This document shows positions 1 through 8,818 of a DNA stretch of 37,512 bases, piece by piece. A model generated the notes under the pieces. It was not told the origin of the DNA. It ran no database searches and saw nothing but the letters and a program-made list of their open reading frames with translations. This DNA comes from Prosthecobacter sp. (GTDB taxonomy: Bacteria > Verrucomicrobiota > Verrucomicrobiia > Chthoniobacterales > Chthoniobacteraceae): positions 1 to 37,512 of the forward strand of contig JAYWEO010000227.1 in the NCBI GenBank assembly GCA_043779225.1, read 5' to 3'. The position numbers and the translations under genes were made by a program. Numbering within the stretch: position 1 is the first letter of the stretch; every line of letters starts with the position of its first letter.

Positions 1-690
1 CCCATCGGCTGGGCTGCAGACGGCTTCGAACTCTTCACGGCAAACTGCGGCGGCAAGGAAGCGGGCGCAGTTCACGCGGTGAAATCGAGCTGGCGGCTCA
101 AGCCCGGCGCGCGACCCGAGCAGGCCGGCGGCCCCGGCGGCAACTACGACGGGCGTTTCACCGAGGACTGGGAATTTGCCAAAGGCAGCGGCGACCTCGA
201 CGAACTGAACGGCCACGTCGCACCGACGCCCGCGCATCCCGAGGGCATCTACCATTACCATATCACCACGCAGTTCCCGTTCATCCCGCGCGGCTGGCGC
301 GGCACGCCCGATGAGAGCTTTGGCAAAGGCGGCCCCGGCGCTCCGGGCGGACGTCGCTTCGGCGGCGGTCCGGACGGTCCCGGCGGTCCTCCAGGACAAG
401 GTGGCATGCCCGATCCACAGCGCGGATTCCCTCCGCCGCTGATCCTGCGCACGCTCGATGCAAATGGCGACGGCACCCTTGATGCCGACGAAATCGCGAA
501 CGCCCCCGCCGCGCTCCGCAAGCTCGACAAGAATGGCGACGGCAAACTCACGCCCGACGAGTATCGCGACCCCGGCGCTCCTTTCGGTCGCCAAGGCGGC
601 CCCGGTCAGCCCGGCGACATTCCGAATGGCCGTCCCAGCAACGGCCCGCGGGGTCCGCAGAATGGTCCGCCCGGCGCACCTCCGCAGTGA
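1..690 (+). CDS. YHYH-domain protein with two EF-hand Ca-binding loops and Gly/Pro-rich linkers (5' end outside window)
   Basis: Frame 1 is open from base 1 (PIGWAADGFELF...), and track ORF 79..690 is its in-frame tail. It has the family-defining GIYHYHIT motif. Two canonical EF-hand loops (DANGDGTLDADE, DKNGDGKLTPDE) are flanked by GPGG/PGQ low-complexity sequence. Confidence 0.8.
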   Translation, partial: PIGWAADGFELFTANCGGKEAGAVHAVKSSWRLKPGARPEQAGGPGGNYDGRFTEDWEFAKGSGDLDELNGHVAPTPAHPEGIYHYHITTQFPFIPRGWRGTPDESFGKGGPGAPGGRRFGGGPDGPGGPPGQGGMPDPQRGFPPPLILRTLDANGDGTLDADEIANAPAALRKLDKNGDGKLTPDEYRDPGAPFGRQGGPGQPGDIPNGRPSNGPRGPQNGPPGAPPQ

Positions 691-757
691 CACTGTGGCG
701 GTGCCGAGGCATCGCGATGTAGCCGCTGTGCAGATGTGCTAGGATGCGCCGCACACC

Positions 758-1285
758 ATGCGCCGCCTCGCCATTTCCCTCGGCATTCTCTGCATCGCAT
801 CCGCCGCGCCCGCCGCGGAGACCATCGCGCGATCCGGGAAAGTCCACACGCCGCCGATTCGCGCGGGGCAGAAATGGAATCCGATCTGGAGCCTCGGCAA
901 TGCGGACGATCCTTCGCCGCCCGACTGGTATCGCCCCGGAAAATCAGACCGGCGCATGATGTGGCAGATGCGGAATCCACTCCACAATTTCACGCACTAC
1001 GTCATCGGCGTGACCGACCAGGACACGAAGCGCACGGGAAGATTTCCCGCGCACGTCTTCGCCCCCGGCGGCGGCTGGAACTGGGCATTCACGCGCCACC
1101 GATGTTTTCCCCTGCCCTTCGTTTCATTCGATGGAAAATGCGGACGCTTCTACCTCGGCTGGCGCGAGAGCGGAAATTTCGGCGGGAAGATCAATTTCAA
1201 GCGCCGCAGCAATCCGGAGGTTCATCCGCCGACTCGACACGTGAAATCCACTGGATCGATTTCACGTCCGCAGTCGCAGAAGTAG
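758..1285 (+). CDS. secreted hypothetical protein (RNPLHNFTHYVIG / FYLGWRESGNFGGK core, function unknown)
   Basis: ATG ORF with signal peptide MRRLAISLGILCIASAAPAAE. Competing ORFs 736..1365 and 744..959 are Arg/Pro-rich shadow frames. Confidence 0.55.
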   Translation: MRRLAISLGILCIASAAPAAETIARSGKVHTPPIRAGQKWNPIWSLGNADDPSPPDWYRPGKSDRRMMWQMRNPLHNFTHYVIGVTDQDTKRTGRFPAHVFAPGGGWNWAFTRHRCFPLPFVSFDGKCGRFYLGWRESGNFGGKINFKRRSNPEVHPPTRHVKSTGSISRPQSQK

Positions 1286-1422
1286 AGTCGGGAAATCGCG
1301 GTGCGGGTTTCGTTCGGAGGTGCGGTGATTTTCCTGAAAGACGGAAAAGCGCCAACAATCCCTGAGTCTCGCGATTGGACTCCATGCAGCGCATCCGCGC
1401 GAATGAGCCCTCCATTCCTCCC

Positions 1423-2796
1423 ATGAAACACCTCCGCATCATCTCCCTTCTCGCTGCATTCCTGTTCACACCAATCCCACTCGATGCCGCCGAGCAGGCT
1501 TGGCTTGCGGGTGCGGCGAAGGTGGACATCACGCCGGACTATCCCGTGCGGCTCAGCGGCTATGGCTCGCGCAAGACGGAATTCGAGGGAGTCGAGCAGC
1601 ACATCTTCGCCAAGGCACTCGCACTGCGTGTCGGTGACGGGCCGTTCGCCGTGGTTCTCACGGTGGACAACTGCGCCGTGCCCGGCCACATGCGTGATGA
1701 GGTCGCGCGTCGCCTGAAGGCAAAGTCCGGCGTGCCTGATGAACGCATCGCGCTTTGCTCCAGCCACACCCATTCGGCCCCGATGCTCGGCGGCGCGCTC
1801 TCGACTCTCTTCGGTGCGGACATCCCGGCGGATCACGCCGAGCGCATCGCACGCTACACTCGCGAGACGACCGACAAGCTGGAGCAGGTCGCCCTGTCCG
1901 CCATTTCATCCGCGCAGAAGTGCGACGTCGCGTGGGCCAATGGCGAAGTCGGCTTCGCGATGAACCGACGCTTCCCGACGCCGACCGGCTATGCGAACAA
2001 GCCGTATCCCGAAGGCCCGACGGATCACGCACTCCCCGTTCTGCGTGTCACCGCGGCGGACGGAAAGATCATCGCAGTCCTCACCGGCTACGCATGCCAT
2101 TGCACGACGACGGGCTTCAACCGCATCCACGGCGACTGGGCCGGCTGCGCGCAGGCGGAGATCGAGAAGGAATTCCCCGGTGCGATCTCGCTCACTGCAC
2201 TCGGTTGCGCCGGCGACCAGAATCCAAATCCGCGCGGCACCTACGAACTCGCGAACCAGCACGGTCACGCCCTCGCGACCGAGGCTGCGCGCGTGGTGCG
2301 CGGCGCGATGCATCCCCTTTCCCCGGCGCTCGCATGCAGCATGAAGCGCCTCGCGCTGCCACATGACACGCTGCCGACGCGCGAGGAATTTGAGTTGCGC
2401 CTCACCACCAAAGGGTCTGCCGCGTACCACGCCAAGAAGCAGATCGAACGGCTCGATCGCGGCGAGAAACTTGCGACCGAAGTCCCCTACGTGGTGCAAA
2501 CGTGGAGCTTCGGCAAAGATCTCGCGATGGTGTTTCTCGCGGGTGAAGTCGTCGTGGATTACAGTCTGCGGCTGAAGCGCGACTTCGACGGCGCGCGGCT
2601 CTGGGTGAATGCATATTCCAACGACGTGCCGTGCTACATTCCCTCGCTCCGCGTGCTGAAGGAAGGCGGCTACGAGGCAGCGGGCGCGATGCTTTACTAC
2701 GACCGTCCCACACAGCTCGCGCCGCAGGTCGAGGAACTCATCATCGGCGCCGTGCGCGGCATCCTTCCGGCGGATTTCCATCGCGGCACAAAGTAA
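1423..2796 (+). CDS. neutral/alkaline ceramidase-like hydrolase (N-terminal ceramidase domain family), secreted
   Basis: Track ORF 1375..2796, with the start moved to M17 (MKHLRIISLLAAFLF signal peptide). AAKVDITPDYPVRLSGYG and the CSSHTHSAP His cluster are typical of non-lysosomal ceramidase-type enzymes. Confidence 0.78.
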   Translation: MKHLRIISLLAAFLFTPIPLDAAEQAWLAGAAKVDITPDYPVRLSGYGSRKTEFEGVEQHIFAKALALRVGDGPFAVVLTVDNCAVPGHMRDEVARRLKAKSGVPDERIALCSSHTHSAPMLGGALSTLFGADIPADHAERIARYTRETTDKLEQVALSAISSAQKCDVAWANGEVGFAMNRRFPTPTGYANKPYPEGPTDHALPVLRVTAADGKIIAVLTGYACHCTTTGFNRIHGDWAGCAQAEIEKEFPGAISLTALGCAGDQNPNPRGTYELANQHGHALATEAARVVRGAMHPLSPALACSMKRLALPHDTLPTREEFELRLTTKGSAAYHAKKQIERLDRGEKLATEVPYVVQTWSFGKDLAMVFLAGEVVVDYSLRLKRDFDGARLWVNAYSNDVPCYIPSLRVLKEGGYEAAGAMLYYDRPTQLAPQVEELIIGAVRGILPADFHRGTK

Positions 2797-2814
2797 AGAG
2801 GACCTGCCATTCCC

Positions 2815-3912
2815 ATGCTTGGAAAATTTCCCCTCGCCCTGCCTTTGATGATCCTCGGCAGCCTCATCGCCGCCGAACCCGATCAGCCGCAGCATCTCGA
2901 TCGCAATGATCTGCTCGCGTTTCGCGGCAGCGATGGAGCCGTTCATCGCGTGCAAGCCGCAGCCGACTGGCAGCAGCGCCGCGCGGAAATCCTGCGCGGA
3001 ATGCAGACCGTGATGGGACCGCTGCCCGGCGCGGAAAAACGTTGCGCGCTCGACGGGAAGATCGAGGAGGAAGTGGACGCCGGTGATCACATTCGCCGCA
3101 AGATCACGTACGCCGCCGAGCCGGGCGGTCGCGCGCACGCCTACCTTTTGATCCCAAAGGCCGCGCTCGACGGGAAGACGAAGTTCCCCGCAGTGCTCTG
3201 CCTGCACGGGACGGACAACGTCGTCGGGAATCGCAGTATCGCCGAGGAAGGCCACAGGACGAACCGCGCGTATGCACTCGAACTCGCGAAGCGCGGCTAC
3301 ATCACGCTCGCGCCCGCGTATCCGCAGCTCGCCGATTACCAGCCGGACCTGAAGGCGCTCGGCTACGCGAGCGGCACGATGAAGGCGATCTGGGACAACA
3401 TCCGCGGCATCGACCTGCTCGATTCGCTGCCATTCGTGCAGCCCGGCGCTTACGGCGCGATCGGGCATTCGCTCGGCGGGCACAATTCGGTTTACACCGC
3501 GGTTTTCGAGCCGCGCATCAAGGTCGTCGTCTCAAGCTGCGGCTTCGATTCCTACCTCGACTACTACGGCGGAAAACCGGAGCTGTGGGAACATGGGAAA
3601 GGCTGGTGCCAGGATCGTTACATGCCGAGGCTCGCAGACTACAAGGGCCGCCTCGCGGACATCCCATTCGACTTCCACGAACTCATCGGCGCGCTCGCCC
3701 CGCGCCGCGTGCTCATCAGCGCGCCGCTCGGCGATGGGAATTTCCGCTGGCAGAGCGTGGACAACATCGTCAAAGCCGCGCTGCCCGTATTCAAGCTGCA
3801 CAGTGCTGCGGAAAATCTCCGCGTGCTGCATCCCGACTGCCCGCACGATTTTCCGCCGGAAATCCGCGAGCAGGCGTACGCGTGGATTGATTCCGTGCTG
3901 AAGCCGCGCTGA
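2815..3912 (+). CDS. alpha/beta hydrolase (dienelactone hydrolase / esterase-like), secreted
   Basis: Signal peptide MLGKFPLALPLMILGSLIAAE, an LCLHGTD segment, the nucleophile elbow GHSLGG and a C-terminal HPDCPHDFP. It starts 19 nt after the preceding gene. Confidence 0.8.
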   Translation: MLGKFPLALPLMILGSLIAAEPDQPQHLDRNDLLAFRGSDGAVHRVQAAADWQQRRAEILRGMQTVMGPLPGAEKRCALDGKIEEEVDAGDHIRRKITYAAEPGGRAHAYLLIPKAALDGKTKFPAVLCLHGTDNVVGNRSIAEEGHRTNRAYALELAKRGYITLAPAYPQLADYQPDLKALGYASGTMKAIWDNIRGIDLLDSLPFVQPGAYGAIGHSLGGHNSVYTAVFEPRIKVVVSSCGFDSYLDYYGGKPELWEHGKGWCQDRYMPRLADYKGRLADIPFDFHELIGALAPRRVLISAPLGDGNFRWQSVDNIVKAALPVFKLHSAAENLRVLHPDCPHDFPPEIREQAYAWIDSVLKPR

Positions 3913-3950
3913 GCGGCTGAGAGAACTCGCACACGCCCTGAGCCACCCGT

Positions 3951-4120
3951 CTCAGAAAATAGCCCAGCACTTCAGTGCTGGGTAGCGGTGCGAAAAAGCA
4001 AAACGAGTCCCGGAGGGACGGCAGAACCCACAGACGTCAGGACGATTCTTTCGTCTCTTCGGGACTTTTTTCCATGCCACCTCCCTGAAACCCAGCACTG
4101 AAGTGCTGGGCTATTCTCAG
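3951..4120. repeat. MITE-like element: 25-nt perfect terminal inverted repeats (each containing its own hairpin) flanked by the 5-bp direct repeat CTCAG
   Basis: AATAGCCCAGCACTTCAGTGCTGGG at 3958-3982 is the exact reverse complement of 4091-4115. CTCAG occurs at 3951-3955 and 4116-4120. The element is non-coding and lies between convergent genes. Confidence 0.6.
4006..4071 (+). terminator. intrinsic terminator for the alpha/beta hydrolase gene, carried inside the MITE-like element
   Basis: A 15-bp stem (AGTCCCGGAGGGACG 4006-4020 pairing with CGTCTCTTCGGGACT 4052-4066) has two G-U pairs that pair only on the + transcript. It is followed by a T run at 4066-4071. Confidence 0.6.
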
Positions 4121-4152
4121 TTCCTACGATGCTGGATCAGTTTGACCGCGCC

Positions 4153-5016
4153 TTACTTTCCGCCGGGGCCGTAGCCCTTTGCGGGTGTGCCGTCGTCGTT
4201 CAGCTTGCCTGCGCTCCAGAGCACGCCGCGTGTCACCAGATCGAGATAGCGCACATCTTCCACGGTCGCATTGTTGTGACCGATGGTCGTGCTGAAGACG
4301 CGCGTCTTCTTCGGGCCGAATTCATTCGTCCACACGATGACCGTCTCCACGTCCTTCGTCGTGCCATCCTTGCTCTTCTGTGTCTGCTTGCCCTTCGCGA
4401 GTTCCTTGCCGGTGAGGATCTGGATGTTGTTGTAGAGTTCCTCCTTCATCGTCGTCCAGTCGGTGAAGCCCTTCACGATGGGCGAATCCTTCGCCGTGAA
4501 AGTGATTGCGATCGGCTCCTGGGGGCCGTGGCCGGTGGACTGGAGGCCGAGATATTCATACCAGTGCGCATTGTCCGCACCCGCCTCGACAGGCTTCTGG
4601 AATTCGCCGAAGCGATAGCAGTGCATCGCGCAGTGCAGGTTCACGCCGGGGATGCCGTCCGCGTGCGGCTTGATCACGGCCGCAATGATCGCCGGGTCCG
4701 TGATGCCCGCCGCGCACTCATCGTGGATCACCACGTCGAAGCCCTTCGCGTAATCGGGATTCCCATAAATCGGGAGCTTGGGCTTCGTCTGATCCGGCTT
4801 GCCATTCGCACCGACCGGGTAATCAGCCGTATAGATGACCTCCACCAGCACATTTGCCCGCGCCTCGATCCCCTTCTTCAAGATGTCCTTCTGTGCCACA
4901 TAGTCGTGACAGCAGCCGCCCGCAAGCAGCAGCACGCGCAGCGGCTTTTCAGCGGCAAATGCAGGAAGACCGAGCGAGGCAGCGATGACGATGGCGAGGA
5001 AGGAGGAGCGTTTCAT
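4153..5016 (-). CDS. ThuA-domain protein, secreted
   Basis: Track ORF 4153..5142, with the start moved to M43 (MKRSSFLAIVIAASLGLPAFAAE signal peptide, CAT at 5014-5016). LRVLLLAGGCCHDY and VWTNEFGPKKTRVFSTTIGHNN resemble the ThuA/trehalose-utilisation family. Confidence 0.72.
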   Translation of the reverse strand: MKRSSFLAIVIAASLGLPAFAAEKPLRVLLLAGGCCHDYVAQKDILKKGIEARANVLVEVIYTADYPVGANGKPDQTKPKLPIYGNPDYAKGFDVVIHDECAAGITDPAIIAAVIKPHADGIPGVNLHCAMHCYRFGEFQKPVEAGADNAHWYEYLGLQSTGHGPQEPIAITFTAKDSPIVKGFTDWTTMKEELYNNIQILTGKELAKGKQTQKSKDGTTKDVETVIVWTNEFGPKKTRVFSTTIGHNNATVEDVRYLDLVTRGVLWSAGKLNDDGTPAKGYGPGGK

Positions 5017-5104
5017 GGGTGAATGGATGTGTGGCTGGGTGAATGCGGGCGCTCCGTTTGTCTTAGGCGCATTGCTCCGGCAAGCCTTTCCTCGCCGCAC
5101 GCCA

Positions 5105-6052
5105 CTACGTCGCGCGCCCCGCACCCGGACCTTCGGAAACATACCACGCGTAGGTCTGCCGGATGCCTTCCTTCAGCGCGATGCGCGGCCTCCATCCGAG
5201 CGCGAGGAGGCGCGAGCTGTCCATCAGCTTGCGCGGCGTGCCGTCCGGCTTCGTCGTGTCAAAGGTGAGTGCGCCGCTGAAACCGATGACCTCGCACACC
5301 GTCTCGGCGAGCTCGCGGATCGTCACATCGTCGCCGTAGCCCACATTGATCAGCGCGGGATCATCGTGCGTCTCCAGAAGGAAACGGCACGCGGACGCGA
5401 GATCCTCCGCATGCAGGAACTCGCGGTGCGGCGTCCCCGTGCCCCACACGACCACCTCCTTCGCGCCCGCGAGCTTCGCCTCGTGGACCTTCCGCAGCAG
5501 CGCGGGGAGCACGTGCGAATGGTCCAGATCAAAGTTGTCGCCCGGCCCGTAAAGATTCGTCGGCATCGCGGAGATGAACTTCTTCCCAAACTGCCGCGCA
5601 TACGACTGGCAGAGCCGGATGCCCGCGATTTTCGCAATCGCGTAAGGCTCATTCGTCTGCTCCAGCGGCCCCGTGAGCAGCTCGCTCTCGGCGATGGGCT
5701 GCTTCGCAAATTTCGGATAGATGCACGAGCTGCCGAGGAAGAGCAGCTTCTCCACGCCGAAGTCCGCCGCCGCCTCGATGACGTTGTTCTGGATCTGCAA
5801 GTTCCAGAGCAAAAACTCCACGGGGAAATCGCTGTTCGCCTGGATGCCCCCGACCTTCGCCGCCGCCACCGCCACGACCTTCGGCCGCTCCGCGTCAAAG
5901 AACGCGCGCGTCGCCTCCCGGTCGCGCAAATTCAGCTCCCGCGAACGCCGTGTGAGCAGGTCCGTGTAGCCCGCGCGCTGGAGTTCGCGGAGGATTGCGC
6001 CACCGGCGAGACCGCCGTGGCCTGCGACAAAAATACGGTCGTTGTTCTGCAT
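5105..6052 (-). CDS. fcl: GDP-L-fucose synthase (GDP-4-keto-6-deoxy-D-mannose epimerase/reductase)
   Basis: Rossmann motif VAGHGGLAGGA, Ser in GSSCIYP, YxxxK in YAIAKIAG, and WGTGTPHREFLH. It is collinear along its full length with Fcl/WcaG. Confidence 0.93.
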   Translation of the reverse strand: MQNNDRIFVAGHGGLAGGAILRELQRAGYTDLLTRRSRELNLRDREATRAFFDAERPKVVAVAAAKVGGIQANSDFPVEFLLWNLQIQNNVIEAAADFGVEKLLFLGSSCIYPKFAKQPIAESELLTGPLEQTNEPYAIAKIAGIRLCQSYARQFGKKFISAMPTNLYGPGDNFDLDHSHVLPALLRKVHEAKLAGAKEVVVWGTGTPHREFLHAEDLASACRFLLETHDDPALINVGYGDDVTIRELAETVCEVIGFSGALTFDTTKPDGTPRKLMDSSRLLALGWRPRIALKEGIRQTYAWYVSEGPGAGRAT

Positions 6053-6129
6053 CGTCCGCGAGCCATAGACGCAGCAGCGGGAAAAGAAAAGCTCGGCGCG
6101 TTCCGGGGAAAAGCCGCAGACTGCCAGAC

Positions 6130-7272
6130 ATGCGCTCCCTCCTTCTCATCCTCGACAGCGCCGGCTGCGGCGGTGCACCGGATGCGGCGGCATATGGCGA
6201 TGAAGGCTCGGATACGCTCGGGCACATCTACGCGCATGCGCCGGGATTCGCGTTGCCGAATCTCGAACGGCTTGGTCTCGGCGCGGTGATGAATGTCCAA
6301 CTTCCAACTTCCAACGCTCAACGTCCAACGGCGTCATTCGGAAGAATGCGCGAACGCAGCGCGGGCAAGGACACGACCACGGGGCATTGGGAAATCGCGG
6401 GCGCGATGCTCGAACGTCCGTTCACGGTGTTCGAGAAATTTCCTGACTCGCTCGTGCGCGCCATCGAGCGCGAGGCGGGCGTGGAATTCATCGGCAATTT
6501 CCCGCGCAGCGGCACCGTGGTGCTCGACGAACTCGGCCCCGAGCATCTGCGCACCGGCAAGCCCATCCTCTACACGAGCGCCGACAGCGTGCTGCAAATC
6601 GCCGCGCACGAATCCACCGTCCCGCTCGCGCGCCTGTACGAGATTTGCAAAATCGCGCGCCGCCATTGCGACGCCGCACGCATCGGCCGCGTCATCGCAC
6701 GCCCGTTCACCGGCGAGCCCGGCGCGTTTGCACGGACCGCCGGACGCCACGACTACGCCATGCTCCCGCCGCGCACCGTGCTGAACGCGCTCGCCGATTC
6801 CGGCAAGGCCGTGCATGGCGTCGGGAAAATCAGCGACATCTTCGCCGGCAGCGGAATCACCGCGAGCACGCCCACCGCCTCGAACGCCGAGGGCATGGCT
6901 GCCATCGCGCGCGAGTGGCCGACGCTCGACGGGCTGCTCTTCGCCAACCTCGTGGACTTTGACATGCTTTTCGGCCACCGCCGCAACGTCCCCGGCTACG
7001 CCGAAGCGCTGCGCGAATTCGACCGCTGGCTCCCCGCTCTCCTCGCCGCCGTGAAGCCCGACGACCTCGTGATCATCACCGCCGACCACGGCAACGATCC
7101 CACGTGGCGCGGCACCGACCACACGCGCGAGGAAGTCCCGCTCCTCGTCCTGCACGGAGGAAAAGCGAACGCCCTCGGCACCCGCGAGACCTTCGCCGAT
7201 GTCGCCGCGACACTCGCGGAATTCTTCGCGCTCCCTGTGTGGCCGGGTGCGTCAAGTTTCCTCCGTGGCTGA
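6130..7272 (+). CDS. deoB: phosphopentomutase
   Basis: Start at M46 of track ORF 5995..7272 (ATG 6130). Motifs present: LILDSAGCG, GKDTTTGHWE, YTSADSVLQIAAHE, ITADHGNDPT and GTDHTREEVPLL. Confidence 0.93.
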   Translation: MRSLLLILDSAGCGGAPDAAAYGDEGSDTLGHIYAHAPGFALPNLERLGLGAVMNVQLPTSNAQRPTASFGRMRERSAGKDTTTGHWEIAGAMLERPFTVFEKFPDSLVRAIEREAGVEFIGNFPRSGTVVLDELGPEHLRTGKPILYTSADSVLQIAAHESTVPLARLYEICKIARRHCDAARIGRVIARPFTGEPGAFARTAGRHDYAMLPPRTVLNALADSGKAVHGVGKISDIFAGSGITASTPTASNAEGMAAIAREWPTLDGLLFANLVDFDMLFGHRRNVPGYAEALREFDRWLPALLAAVKPDDLVIITADHGNDPTWRGTDHTREEVPLLVLHGGKANALGTRETFADVAATLAEFFALPVWPGASSFLRG

Positions 7273-7343
7273 TCACATCACGCGCCCGATCAAAGCGAGG
7301 CCCCCGCCAGATCAGAAATCAGAAATCTTCAATCAGAAATCCG

Positions 7344-8576
7344 ATGCACATCCCCACTTTCATCGAACGCAAACGCGACGGCCATGAGCTCAGTGCGGAG
7401 GATATAACCGAGTTCATCCGCGGCTGCACAAGCGGCGAAGTGCCGGACTACCAGACCGCCGCGTGGGCGATGGCGGTCTATTTCAAAGGCATGACCGCCG
7501 CCGAGACCGGCGCACTCACGCGGGCGATGATGCACAGCGGAAATGTGCTGAAGCATCCCGCCGGTTCGCCACCAAAGGTGGACAAGCACAGCACCGGCGG
7601 CATCGGCGACAAGGTCTCGCTCATCCTCGCGCCACTGCTCGCGTGCGACGAGCTGTGGGTGCCGATGATCAGCGGGCGCGGCCTCGGCATCACCGGCGGC
7701 ACGCTCGACAAGCTGGAGAGCATCCCCGGATTCCGCGTCAGCCTGAGCGAAGAGGAAACCGCTGCGCAACTCGCACGCATCGGCGTCGCAATGATCGGGC
7801 AGACGGCGAATCTCTGCCCCGCGGACAAGAAGCTCTACGCATTGCGCGACGTGACCGCGACCGTGCCGAGCATCCCGCTCATCGTCGCGAGCATCATGTC
7901 GAAGAAACTGGCCGAGTCGCTCGACCGGCTTGTGCTCGATGTGAAATTCGGCAGCGGCGCATTCATGCAAAACCGCGCCGACGCCGAGTCGCTCGCCGCC
8001 GCTCTCTGCGAGACCGGACGCGAGTGCGGCGTGAAGACCGAAGCCGTGCTCACGCCGATGAGCGAGCCGCTCGGCCACACCGCGGGCAACGCGCTCGAAG
8101 TCTGGGAATCCGTCGAGACCCTCCAAGGCCGCGGCACCGCCGACCTCGTGACGCTCACGCTCGATCTCGCCGAACGCGTCGCCAATGTCCCCCGCGCACA
8201 GCTCGCACAATGGCTCGACGATGGCACCGCATGGCGCAAATGGGTCGCGCTGGTGGAAGCGCAAGGTGGGCGTGCAGCCGACACTGAGCGCATCCTCGAA
8301 ATCCACGCCGCCCCCATCCGCCACATCGTCAACGCAGCACGCGACGGAAAGCTCACTCGCGTGGATGCCGGACTCATTGGCCGCGCGTGCATCGCACTCG
8401 GCGCAGGACGTGCGAAGGCGAGCGACGCGATTGACTTCGCAGTCGGAGTCTCCGGGATCGCAAAGGTCGGCGCGAACGTGCAAAAAGACGCGCCGCTGCT
8501 CACCATTCACGCCCGCGACGAACACACGCTCTCGCAAGCACGCACCTTGATCGAGCAGGCAACCGAAATCACGTAG
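7344..8576 (+). CDS. deoA: thymidine / pyrimidine-nucleoside phosphorylase
   Basis: Start at M81 of track ORF 7104..8576 (ATG 7344). Motifs present: FIERKRDGHELS, KHSTGGIGDK, SGRGLGITGGTLDKLESIPG and SIMSKKLA. Confidence 0.93.
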   Translation: MHIPTFIERKRDGHELSAEDITEFIRGCTSGEVPDYQTAAWAMAVYFKGMTAAETGALTRAMMHSGNVLKHPAGSPPKVDKHSTGGIGDKVSLILAPLLACDELWVPMISGRGLGITGGTLDKLESIPGFRVSLSEEETAAQLARIGVAMIGQTANLCPADKKLYALRDVTATVPSIPLIVASIMSKKLAESLDRLVLDVKFGSGAFMQNRADAESLAAALCETGRECGVKTEAVLTPMSEPLGHTAGNALEVWESVETLQGRGTADLVTLTLDLAERVANVPRAQLAQWLDDGTAWRKWVALVEAQGGRAADTERILEIHAAPIRHIVNAARDGKLTRVDAGLIGRACIALGAGRAKASDAIDFAVGVSGIAKVGANVQKDAPLLTIHARDEHTLSQARTLIEQATEIT

Positions 8577-8651
8577 CCGACGGCAGATGGGCCAAGTTCG
8601 ATTTTTCATCAATCGCCTTTCGATCCTTCGCGAAACTGGTGAAGGCGGAAT

Positions 8652-8763
8652 CAAGGATCGGCGGTTTGCAAACGCCGGATGGCCGGACTGGAAGTGACCC
8701 CGCTTCTTGCTGGCTGGGCGCTTCCGCTGGACGCCCTCGGCGGTTGCAAACCGCCGATCCTTG
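8652..8763. repeat. 20-nt perfect inverted repeat pair (each arm also a local hairpin) separated by 72 nt, intergenic
   Basis: CAAGGATCGGCGGTTTGCAA at 8652-8671 is the exact reverse complement of 8744-8763. The arms extend imperfectly to about 28 nt, and no T run follows. Confidence 0.55.
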
Positions 8764-8818
8764 CAGCCTGCGCTCTGTCTTTGCCAGTTTGGCAAGACTC
8801 GATAATAGAGAACGCTCC

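Noticed and set aside
1906-3483. 525-aa ORF on the - strand
   Set aside because: It is antisense to the ceramidase-like and alpha/beta hydrolase genes, with Arg/Ala-rich shadow-frame composition and no motifs.
4985-6289. 434-aa ORF on the + strand (and 4129..5022 +)
   Set aside because: Both are antisense to fcl and ThuA respectively, and both are Arg/Leu-rich shadow frames.
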